From: Candidatus Babeliales bacterium
Lineage (GTDB): Bacteria; Babelota; Babeliae; Babelales; RVW-14
Assembly (NCBI GenBank): GCA_019749895.1
Contig: JAIEPG010000002.1
Span: 66,244 to 130,243 of the forward strand
Length of the DNA: 64,000 nucleotides
Reading direction: 5' to 3'
Position numbers and translations under genes: made by a program. Under the pieces are notes generated by a model. The model was not told the DNA's origin. It made no database searches and saw only the letters and a program-made list of their open reading frames with translations. Positions 49,471 to 57,512 of this stretch are shown one piece after another; the stretch's first letter is position 1, and each line of letters begins with the position of its first letter.

Positions 49471-50100
49471 ATGAGCCAAACAACGCCAAAAAGTACCCCC
49501 GTCACCAAACAAGACGAAAAAATTTTAGTGGTCCCCGCCCGCAAGCTTTTTTCGAGCAATTCAATCAACGGCTTTCATCCACTTAAAGATTTCGATTTTT
49601 ACGCAAACTTGATTGCCACCAACAAAGAATTTTTGTGGCGCTCCGACATGGAACAAGACGCAACCTACAAACAAATTATCCCGTATCTTATCTTTACGTA
49701 CAACGACAAATATTTCTTAATGCAACGCAGAGGGTCTGCCAGCGAACAACGATTAAAAAATAAGCGCACGCTGGGCATTGGCGGGCATATCCGCGAAGAC
49801 GATATTGCCGGCAAAGATATTATTGACTGGGCAAAGCGCGAGTTTCACGAGGAAGTAAATTATGATGGCACGCTTGATGTTGAAATTTTGGGCCTGATTA
49901 ATGACGAAAGTAACGAGGTAGGCATGGTACACACCGGCTTTGCCTTCTTACTCAAAGGCAATAACCCCAACATCAGCATTCGCTCAGAGCTCAAAGAAGG
50001 GCATTTATTAACACTTGAAGAATGCGCAGAATATTACGACGCCATGGAAACATGGACACAACTTGTTTTTAACTTTTTACAGCAAAGAACCCAAGGATAA
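49471..50100 (+). CDS. Nudix/MutT-like phosphoesterase (degenerate Nudix box)
   Basis: IIPYLIFTYNDKYFLMQRR..LGIGGHIREDD..DWAKREFHEEVNY resembles a Nudix fold. The GX5EX7REUXEEXGU box is imperfect. Confidence 0.5.
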   Translation: MSQTTPKSTPVTKQDEKILVVPARKLFSSNSINGFHPLKDFDFYANLIATNKEFLWRSDMEQDATYKQIIPYLIFTYNDKYFLMQRRGSASEQRLKNKRTLGIGGHIREDDIAGKDIIDWAKREFHEEVNYDGTLDVEILGLINDESNEVGMVHTGFAFLLKGNNPNISIRSELKEGHLLTLEECAEYYDAMETWTQLVFNFLQQRTQG

Positions 50101-50104
50101 CGCC

Positions 50105-52003
50105 GTGAACAACGACCAACGCCTCTTTCTTGAAAACAAAGCTCTCAACCTGCGCATCGACTCAATTCGCGCAACATCGGCAAGCAAATCGGGCCACCCA
50201 ACGTCATGCCTTTCAGCAGCTGATATTATTGCTGCGCTGTTTTTTAATGTGCTCAAACACGACCTAAAAAATCCAAAAGCGGCCAACAACGATCGCTTTA
50301 TTCTTTCCAAAGGCCATGCAATACCGGTTGTTTATGCTGCCTACAAAGCGCTGGGTGTTATCAGCGATCATGAACTGCTGAGCCTGCGTAAGTTTGATTC
50401 AATTTTGGAAGGCCACCCAACACCGCGCTTTATTTATAACGAAGCAGCAACCGGCTCACTGGGGCAAGGTTTGGGCGTTGGGCTTGGTATGGCGTTGCAC
50501 GCAAAGCACCACAAGCTAAGTTTTAAAACATATGTCATGATGGGCGATGGCGAAATTGCCGAAGGTTCCATTTGGGAAGCGGCAGATTTGGCTGCACACT
50601 ACAATGTTGATAATTTGATTGGCATTGTAGACTGCAACCGCTTGGCGCAATCTGATGAAGGCATTAACGGCCACCACGTTGAAAAAATTGCCGCCAAATT
50701 TGAAGCGTTTGGCTGGAAGGCTTTTGTTATTCACGGCCACAACATGACCGAGATTATGTCAGCATTTCACGAGGCACAACAAGCAGGCAAGCCGGCTGTT
50801 ATTGTTGCAAAAACCTTTAAAGGCCACGGCTTGGCAGGTATTGAAAATAAACTCGGCTTTCACGGCAAACCGTTTAGCGCACCTGAAGAGCACGAGGCTA
50901 TTGAAAAACTCAAGAGCCATTTCAAAGAGGCGTACGAATATAATCACAATCTTGATCTCCATAAAATTCACGCACCAGAAACTACTAATTTGTGCTTTCA
51001 AAAACAACAACCAGACATTAAAATTGATCTAGCCAGCGATTCACAAGTAAAACACTTTGGTGGGTCAGAAAAAATTGCAACCCGCCAAGCATTTGGCTAC
51101 GCATTGGCAGCACTAGGCCGAGCCAGCAAGGCAGTCTTTGCGCTAGACGCTGACGTGCAAAACTCAACCTACACAGAATATTTTGAACGCGAATTCCCTG
51201 ACCGCTTTGTACAATGCTTTGTTGCTGAACAAAACATGATCAGCGTGGCAACAGGCCTGCAAGCACGCGGCAACATTCCATTTGCTGCTACCTTTGCCGC
51301 ATTTTTCACGCGCGCACACGACCAAATTAGAATGGCAGGCATTGGCCGCAATGCACTGCGTTTGTGCGGTTCGCACGTGGGCGTTTCAATTGGCGAAGAC
51401 GGCCCTTCACAAATGGGCTTAGAAGATATTGCGCTGTTTCGCAGCGTGCCAAACTCGATTGTTTTGTACCCAAGCGACGGCGTTTCTACCTACAAATTGA
51501 CGCAAGAAATGGCCAACTACCACGACGGCGTTTCGTACCTGCGCACCACACGGGCAGCAACGGCCAATCTATACGACGCCTGCGAAGAGTTCCCTGTTGG
51601 TGGCTGCAAAGTTTTGCATGAAACAGACGATCAAGATATTGTCTGCGTTATTGCGGCCGGCATTACCCTGCATGAGGCGCTTAAAGCTTATAAGCTCTTA
51701 AAAGAACAAGGCATTCACATCGCGGTTATCGATTTGTACTCAATTAAACCTATCGATGCCAAAACGATTATCAAAATTGCCTCAAAGTCACATCACGGCA
51801 TTATTACTGTTGAAGATCATTACAGCCAGGGCGGAATTGGTGAAGCAGTAGCACATGCGGTGGTTAACGAAAACATTAAAATTAAGAGTTTAGCAGTTAA
51901 ACACATCTCCCGTTCTGGCAGCCCAGCAGAGCTTTTGGCTGATGCTGGCATAGACGCTCAAAGCATTGTTGACGCAGTGCAAACACAATATAGAAACGAC
52001 TAA
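50105..52003 (+). CDS. tkt: transketolase
   Basis: SGHPTSCLSAADIIAALFF, NDRFILSKGHAIPVVYAAY, the ThDP-binding MMGDGEIAEGSIWEA, and the Pyr and C-terminal domains (FVAEQNMISVATGL, GEDGPSQMGLEDIA). I prefer the GTG at 50105, just after the upstream stop and with AAGGA upstream. The ORF-track start at 50015 would overlap the previous gene by 86 nt. Confidence 0.9.
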   Translation: MNNDQRLFLENKALNLRIDSIRATSASKSGHPTSCLSAADIIAALFFNVLKHDLKNPKAANNDRFILSKGHAIPVVYAAYKALGVISDHELLSLRKFDSILEGHPTPRFIYNEAATGSLGQGLGVGLGMALHAKHHKLSFKTYVMMGDGEIAEGSIWEAADLAAHYNVDNLIGIVDCNRLAQSDEGINGHHVEKIAAKFEAFGWKAFVIHGHNMTEIMSAFHEAQQAGKPAVIVAKTFKGHGLAGIENKLGFHGKPFSAPEEHEAIEKLKSHFKEAYEYNHNLDLHKIHAPETTNLCFQKQQPDIKIDLASDSQVKHFGGSEKIATRQAFGYALAALGRASKAVFALDADVQNSTYTEYFEREFPDRFVQCFVAEQNMISVATGLQARGNIPFAATFAAFFTRAHDQIRMAGIGRNALRLCGSHVGVSIGEDGPSQMGLEDIALFRSVPNSIVLYPSDGVSTYKLTQEMANYHDGVSYLRTTRAATANLYDACEEFPVGGCKVLHETDDQDIVCVIAAGITLHEALKAYKLLKEQGIHIAVIDLYSIKPIDAKTIIKIASKSHHGIITVEDHYSQGGIGEAVAHAVVNENIKIKSLAVKHISRSGSPAELLADAGIDAQSIVDAVQTQYRND

Positions 52004-52010
52004 TGAAAAA

Positions 52011-52035
52011 AGGCCCATTAAACGGGCCTTTTTTC
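52011..52035 (+). terminator. rho-independent terminator of tkt
   Basis: AGGCCC-attaaac-GGGCCT followed by T6. Confidence 0.7.
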
Positions 52036-52088
52036 TATTTTTCAAGAAAATTTTTGAATTCTAAATTAAATGAAGCCAGCTAAAAAAC

Positions 52089-52165
52089 TGGCGGGGCTGA
52101 CGGGACTCGAACCCGCGACCTTCCGCGTGACAGACGGACGCTCTAACCAACTGAGCTACAGCCCC
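52089..52165 (-). tRNA. tRNA-Asp (anticodon GTC), CCA encoded
   Basis: The minus strand reads GGGGCTGTAGCTCAGTTGGTTAGAGCGTCCGTCTGTCACGCGGAAGGTCGCGGGTTCGAGTCCCGTCAGCCCCGCCA. It has a 7-bp acceptor stem, GCTC/GAGC D stem, TCCGT/GCGGA anticodon stem with loop CTGTCAC, and a GCGGG/CCCGT T stem with TTCGAGT loop. Confidence 0.95.
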
Positions 52166-52281
52166 TAAAATAAGTCAAAAGAACGACTTCAGTAGTGCTA
52201 TTGTGCCATATTTAATGATTTTTGCAAGCAAATCCTAAACTTTCTTCTGTAAAGAAATGCTCGAGTACCAAGCCATCATCG

Positions 52282-52971
52282 CTACCTAGCAAGAATTTCT
52301 CGCCCTGCACCCACGGCATCTCTATGAACTTTATCTTCATCAAGAATAAAGCGACCAAGTAGGTATTGCTTAAAATGTTTCTTGCGCAGCAGTAAAGTAC
52401 AATAGCCGGTTTTCAATGGTACAACATCAAGTTCTTTAACAAGTAACTGCATCGACTGTTTTACCCGCTCAAGGTCTTCTACACAGCTGGCCATAAGTTC
52501 AATTTCGAGAAATGTACCAAGACCAGCAACTTCATCAACACATATCGTAAATGCATCGCGCTTATAAGTAGTACGCCGTTTATCAACAACATAGTGCTCA
52601 ACAAAATTGTTAACATATTTAAGATGGTCAAGATCAGCTATAATAAGCGGTTTTAAATCGAGGCTTACCAGTAAGGGATTAAGTCTTTCCAAATCTTGTA
52701 CTTGCAATGGCAAGGCAAAACTATGCTCTTCGCAATAGTCTTGAATCGCTAAATCAGGATTTTCAAGCGTTGCACGATTAAATTTTATGTCCAATTTTTT
52801 GTTGTTGCGAATGCGTACAAAAATGCCCCTTTGATAAAGCAGCACTTGAGGATTGTCCAGATAAATATCGACATCATGCTTTTGATGTAATGTATCACAT
52901 GATGAGAGGAATGAAGCAAGCTGTTGCGTCGTACGCAACTCATAACGCAGCTCAATTTCAAAATGGTTCAT
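52282..52971 (-). CDS. CYTH-domain protein (CyaB-like class IV adenylyl cyclase / triphosphatase family)
   Basis: Starts MNHFEIELRYEL (an ExExK-like first strand). Motifs FVRIRNNKKLDIKF and GTFLEIELM. Size 229 aa and no signal peptide. Confidence 0.65.
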   Translation of the reverse strand: MNHFEIELRYELRTTQQLASFLSSCDTLHQKHDVDIYLDNPQVLLYQRGIFVRIRNNKKLDIKFNRATLENPDLAIQDYCEEHSFALPLQVQDLERLNPLLVSLDLKPLIIADLDHLKYVNNFVEHYVVDKRRTTYKRDAFTICVDEVAGLGTFLEIELMASCVEDLERVKQSMQLLVKELDVVPLKTGYCTLLLRKKHFKQYLLGRFILDEDKVHRDAVGAGREILAR

Positions 52972-53013
52972 CGTTACTCCCTTGTTGTGCTACAATAAAA
53001 CTAAATATCAATT

Positions 53014-53733
53014 CTACCCGCAGCATAACCAATTTTTTATAGAAGCACACGCTTCAAGCGCTTCAACTCCATCGCAAAATTCTAAAACCACCCCGGCCTG
53101 AATGTAATAAACGCGGTCAAACACTTTACGCACAAAACTCATATCCTGACTTGAAAGAGCAATGGTTAAGCCAGATTGTGCAAGTCGTTGCAAAATAACA
53201 ACCAACAAATCGGTACTAGCAGGATCGAGCGATGCCGTGGGCTCGTCCAACAAAAGCACGCGCGGCTTGAGACACAAAGCTCGTGCTAGAGCAACACGCT
53301 GTTGCTGACCACCAGACAGTTGGGATGGGTAACGCTCAGCAAAGCCTTCCATTTCAAGTTCTTGCAACGCAGCAAGCGCTATTGCTTTTGCCTGTTCGTA
53401 CGATACGCCTCGAACAAGTAATGGATCTATACAATTTTCAAGCACTGTAAATTGTGGGAACAGATTAAAGTCTTGAAAAACATAACCAACTAATTCTGCC
53501 CGGGCTTCGCGCGCTACGCCCGGCACAGCCGACCTTTCAAGTAAAGACCGATCAAAACAAATATCGCCAGAAGTTATTGGCATAAGCCCTGCAACTGATT
53601 TTAAGAGCGTCGTTTTGCCGGCGCCACTTTTTCCAATAAAACTGGTAATACGCCCAGGTTCAAGTGTGACCGAAATGTTGTCAAGCAACAGTTGTTCTTT
53701 AATGCGTACACTTAAATTATTAACGAGAACCAT
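53014..53733 (-). CDS. polar amino-acid ABC transporter ATP-binding protein
   Basis: Walker A GKSGAGKTT. Signature LSGGQQQRVALARAL. Walker B LLLDEPTASLD. The ATG at 53733 overlaps the permease stop by 14 nt. Confidence 0.9.
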   Translation of the reverse strand: MVLVNNLSVRIKEQLLLDNISVTLEPGRITSFIGKSGAGKTTLLKSVAGLMPITSGDICFDRSLLERSAVPGVAREARAELVGYVFQDFNLFPQFTVLENCIDPLLVRGVSYEQAKAIALAALQELEMEGFAERYPSQLSGGQQQRVALARALCLKPRVLLLDEPTASLDPASTDLLVVILQRLAQSGLTIALSSQDMSFVRKVFDRVYYIQAGVVLEFCDGVEALEACASIKNWLCCG

Positions 53734-54376
53734 AACGCATCCTTCTTTCGGCATAAAACATTGCCAGATTTAAAAGCGCAGAAAAAATTAAATAAATACA
53801 GGCAACAGAACAGTAAACAGGCAGCGGGTTGAGTTCGCGCGAAATAATATTCATACCAACACGCGTCGTTTCAGTAACGCCAATGGTGGCCAACAGCGAC
53901 GTTGTTTTTAAGAGCTGCTCAAGCTCCCCAAGCAGTGCTGGCAAAACAATGCGCACAGCCTGGGGAAGTATAATGCGACGCAATGTTTGCAAGCGTGAGT
54001 ACCCCAGTACAAAGCACGCATCCCACTGCCCACGAGGCACGGCATTAATGCCAGCGCGAACAATTTCAGTAACGTAGCCGCTTGAACAAAAAGCCAGCGC
54101 TATGCCTGCAGCCGCAAAACCAGAAAGTGTAATGCCAAGCAAGCTTGGCAAAACAAAGTAAACAATAAGAATTTGGACGTACGCCGGAATGCCTTTAGTA
54201 ATAAATGTGTAGGTACGTAGTAACGTTCCCAGCTTGTTTGAACCAATTTTTTGAGAACCAAGTATTCCCAACATAGTTCCAACAACTATGCTCATGCTGC
54301 CCGCAACAAGCCAGGCGGCAAGGGTGACCCCTGCGCCTTGAGCCAATTGCGAAACGTAGGTAATAAGAACACTCAT
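53720..54376 (-). CDS. polar amino-acid ABC transporter permease
   Basis: Multi-TM protein with an EAA-like loop (GYVTEIVRAGINAVPRGQWDACFVLGYSRLQTLRRIILPQA). The ATG at 54376 forms an ATGA overlap with the binding-protein stop. Confidence 0.85.
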   Translation of the reverse strand: MSVLITYVSQLAQGAGVTLAAWLVAGSMSIVVGTMLGILGSQKIGSNKLGTLLRTYTFITKGIPAYVQILIVYFVLPSLLGITLSGFAAAGIALAFCSSGYVTEIVRAGINAVPRGQWDACFVLGYSRLQTLRRIILPQAVRIVLPALLGELEQLLKTTSLLATIGVTETTRVGMNIISRELNPLPVYCSVACIYLIFSALLNLAMFYAERRMRYGSR

Positions 54377-55164
54377 ACCATCTCCCATTTCTTTTCAAGC
54401 GTTTCAATGACACCGTTATTTTTGAGTTCTTGCACGGCCAGACTTATCTGATTAATTAAGTTTTTGTTATTGTGCTTGATCACAATGCCCATGCCCTGCT
54501 CTTGATAATCTTGCTCAAGCGCGACATCCAAAATCTGAATCTCAGGAAATTTTGCTTTGAACTTTTTGGCAATTGCCAACTCAACCAGAGCTGCCGTAGC
54601 CTTGCCATACTGCAAGTTAAGTAAGGCATCATCAACTTTTTCAGTCTGAAGCTCAACCACATTTTTGTATTTGCTCAGCACATGTGCTTGCGCAGAACTT
54701 GGTTCAACGCACACAGTTAAGCCCGTCATATCGTTAAGACTTTTGATACCCGCCGGAATTTTTTGCCAAAAAATAAGCGGGTAGGTTAATGTTGGCTCAC
54801 CCTGATAATAAACCATGGCCAGCTTTTTGAGCCTGTCCTGCGTAATGGACATGCCCCAAATAATAGCATCAATAGAACCTTGCTCAAGCGCCATCATGAG
54901 CGATGTCATTGAACCCAAATCTTTGAGGTCCAACTTTTTGTTAAGTTTGGACGCAACGGCATTGGCAATGTCAATATCAAAGCCTTCGTACTCACCCTGC
55001 TGGTTAATACTCGCAAATGGCGCATAGCCTGCAGCAGTACCAACAACGAATGTTTTGTCGTCCCGATTTACGTTTGTTTTGAATAGAAATTTGGTAGCAA
55101 AAACAACTACACAGCACACAATAATTACGACAATAGCTTTAGTTACAATTTTTTTAAATTGCAT
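54373..55164 (-). CDS. amino-acid ABC transporter substrate-binding protein (SBP family 3)
   Basis: N-terminal anchor IVVIIVCCVVVFA. Motifs FVVGTAAGYAPFASINQQGEYEGFDIDIANAVASKL and DAIIWGMSITQDR. Confidence 0.85.
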   Translation of the reverse strand: MQFKKIVTKAIVVIIVCCVVVFATKFLFKTNVNRDDKTFVVGTAAGYAPFASINQQGEYEGFDIDIANAVASKLNKKLDLKDLGSMTSLMMALEQGSIDAIIWGMSITQDRLKKLAMVYYQGEPTLTYPLIFWQKIPAGIKSLNDMTGLTVCVEPSSAQAHVLSKYKNVVELQTEKVDDALLNLQYGKATAALVELAIAKKFKAKFPEIQILDVALEQDYQEQGMGIVIKHNNKNLINQISLAVQELKNNGVIETLEKKWEMV

Positions 55165-55252
55165 AATAAACCTCTTTTTAAAAATAAGTTTTTTGAAATC
55201 TGTTACTAAAAATAAATGGTTAAGGAGTTATTTCGCACACGAAGCTGTCTTT

Positions 55253-55579
55253 TTATTCAACGCTTCTGTGCTTAATTTTATGAATAACGGCTGAGTAGCC
55301 GTGATGTGGTTCATGCTTTAGAAAGCGCGCAACGCGCGTGATGGTGGCAAGACTTGCCCCGGTAACCTGACTAATTTCGCGATATGACAATTCGCCTTTT
55401 TCGAGCAAGCGGCAAACACGCCACCGCTCGGACAAGGCAATAATTTCCTGCGGCGTGCATAAATCACGCAAGAAGCGACCCACTTCGTCAGAGGTTTTCA
55501 ACAGAAGCAAGGCTTCACACAGCTCCTCAACGGAGCTTGTCGACAGGATTCTGGTTGTTGCCTTTTCTTTCTTTTTCAT
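55253..55579 (-). CDS. YerC/YecD (TrpR-like) family DNA-binding protein
   Basis: LCEALLLLKTSDEVGRFLRDLCTPQEIIALSERWRVCRLLEKGELSYREISQVTGASLATITRVARFL is the family pattern. It sits 88 nt upstream of the ABC operon on the same strand. Confidence 0.85.
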   Translation of the reverse strand: MKKKEKATTRILSTSSVEELCEALLLLKTSDEVGRFLRDLCTPQEIIALSERWRVCRLLEKGELSYREISQVTGASLATITRVARFLKHEPHHGYSAVIHKIKHRSVE

Positions 55580-55624
55580 CGTTTTTCCGTGTTTTTCTTC
55601 AAATTTTTGTTCTCTTGTTTTATC

Positions 55625-55653
55625 ATACTAAAACAAACCGACCGCAAAGTCAA
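55625..55653 (-). promoter_or_regulatory. candidate sigma70-like promoter of the yerC-like/ABC operon
   Basis: The minus strand reads TTGACT-N17-TAGTAT. The -35 is at 55648-55653 and the -10 at 55625-55630. It lies about 45 nt upstream of the ATG. Confidence 0.45.
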
Positions 55654-55686
55654 CTACTCATACACAAATTCAGTGCCGACATTTGA

Positions 55687-55715
55687 CCGGTAAGTAGCCG
55701 GTAAACGGCCGGTAA
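55687..55715. repeat. three helically phased direct repeats CCGGTAA (11-nt period)
   Basis: CCGGTAA at 55687, 55698 and 55709. This is TTACCGG on the coding strand of the yerC-like gene. The repeats lie about 35-65 nt upstream of the candidate -35. Confidence 0.6.
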
Positions 55716-56003
55716 ATGATGAAAAACCCTAAAAATACGTTCTTATTTTTTCTTTTTAGCCAAATCATGAAAATGTTTCTTGAGAAATACATCCCACGTA
55801 ACCCAAAAAAGCGCTAATGCTATTAAAACATGTAAGTGTTCATTCATTTTTTTCTATAAAAATAAAACTGCACGCCATAAGAACATGCACAGACAAATAA
55901 CGACAACAAATAAAGTTCATACCAATGCCACATGCTTAGGTCCTAAATGATCTCAATCAAATGAGCCCAGAGGTTGTTATAAAAAACAAATCTATAAAAC
56001 TAA

Positions 56004-56198
56004 TTAAAACGACAAGCAAGCAAGAATATATGCCTGAGTAAGATTGGTATATTCCTGAAGTATCTCTTCAATACTCATTCCCTGCGCCAAAAGACCCAAG
56101 ATCAATTGGACCGTTAAGCGCGTTCCTTTGATAACTGGCTTTCCAACCATTACTTTGGGATCAACCACAATGCGATTTAAAGTTTCTAATTTGTTCAT
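56004..56198 (-). CDS. DUF433-domain protein (antitoxin-like)
   Basis: IVVDPKVMVGKPVIKGTRLTVQLILGLLAQGMSIEEILQEYTNLTQAYILACL matches the DUF433 pattern (P..GKP.I.GTR..V..IL..L..G.S.EEIL.EY). Confidence 0.75.
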   Translation of the reverse strand: MNKLETLNRIVVDPKVMVGKPVIKGTRLTVQLILGLLAQGMSIEEILQEYTNLTQAYILACLSF

Positions 56199-56390
56199 AC
56201 TTCAACCTTAAATTTTTAAAATTTTTAAAAATGCCTCTAGCTCAATAAAAAACCATACAATGCTGGACTGCCCTGGTCAAGCAAATGTCAACTCCTGCCA
56301 CTTATAACACAGTAGTTGACACCACTGAACTATGCATGGTACGAGTAAAAGAAAATATTAAGAATGGCCCCTGGATTTTGGATTAAATTT

Positions 56391-57449
56391 ATGAAAAAAA
56401 TTTTTTTTCTAGCTATCGCACAATGCTTATCACTCAGTGCCTTACTTTATTTTCTGAAAAAACCTATCCATCCAGTTAGCGGAACGGTAGCACATTATGT
56501 TGACGAACAAAGAATATTTGACGCCAAGCCCCGCTCTTTGGAAGTTGTTTTTTGGTACCCTACCAACAAATCGGTAAAAACAACGCCTCAGGAATATGGC
56601 ATCTGGAAACTCGGTGATGTAGCGGTAGATACACCGATAATCCCTGACAAACTACCACTCATTCTTTTTTCACACGGCTTTGGCGGCGACCCGTACGGAA
56701 ACTCCTGGTTTGCGCACTATTTGGCCTCGCATGGTTACATAGTTGCTTGTGTAAAACATTATGGCAACGCTTTTGGCAATATGATTCCTGAACTTGGCGC
56801 CCGCCCCTGGAACAGGCCGTTGGATATGAGCTTCATTCTTGATAAAATTTTAAGTGATCCACGCTTTAAAGATCATATCGATGCCAACCGGATAGGCGCG
56901 GCAGGTTTTTCGCAAGGCGGCATGACCACACTTTGGCTTGCTGGAGTTAAGGCTAATTTAGATCAGGAGCTCTTGTACAAATACATGGCAAGCATAAAGG
57001 ATAATGAATGGAGATCGGTCTTTGAAAACTTCACACAAAGTGATATTTCAGATGCCAATAAATCGTATCATGATGATCGGATAAAAGCTGTTTTTGCAAT
57101 GGCACCTGGGCTTGATTTTAATAATTGGATGTTTACAAAAGAAAGTTTATTAACTGTCTACACACCAATATACCTTGTTGTGGGCGATGCAGACATGGTA
57201 GTCTCAGCTGATGAACATGCAAAATTTTTTGCACAAAATATACCATCAAGCACACTCACTATACTTTCTCCAAACGTAAGTCACTGGGTCTTTATGAACG
57301 AAAGCACTCAAGAAGGCAAAAAAATTAACCCAAAAATTACTATTGATGCCCCAGGGGCAGACAGAACAAAAATTCATAAAAGCGTGGGCAGGACTGCTTT
57401 AAAGTTTTTTGATACAAATCTAAAAACATCAAGTAAAACACCCAAATAA
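56391..57449 (+). CDS. exported alpha/beta hydrolase (dienelactone hydrolase / PAF-acetylhydrolase-like)
   Basis: ATG at 56391 (MKKIFFLAIAQCLSLSALL). Motif PLILFSHGFGGDPYGNSWFAHYLASHGYIVACVKH. Nucleophile elbow GAAGFSQGG. Confidence 0.7.
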   Translation: MKKIFFLAIAQCLSLSALLYFLKKPIHPVSGTVAHYVDEQRIFDAKPRSLEVVFWYPTNKSVKTTPQEYGIWKLGDVAVDTPIIPDKLPLILFSHGFGGDPYGNSWFAHYLASHGYIVACVKHYGNAFGNMIPELGARPWNRPLDMSFILDKILSDPRFKDHIDANRIGAAGFSQGGMTTLWLAGVKANLDQELLYKYMASIKDNEWRSVFENFTQSDISDANKSYHDDRIKAVFAMAPGLDFNNWMFTKESLLTVYTPIYLVVGDADMVVSADEHAKFFAQNIPSSTLTILSPNVSHWVFMNESTQEGKKINPKITIDAPGADRTKIHKSVGRTALKFFDTNLKTSSKTPK

Positions 57450-57512
57450 CAAGCTTTAAGCCGTTATTTGGGGCCACTTTCTAAATTCCCCTTTTTGCGC
57501 TAAACTGGTTTT

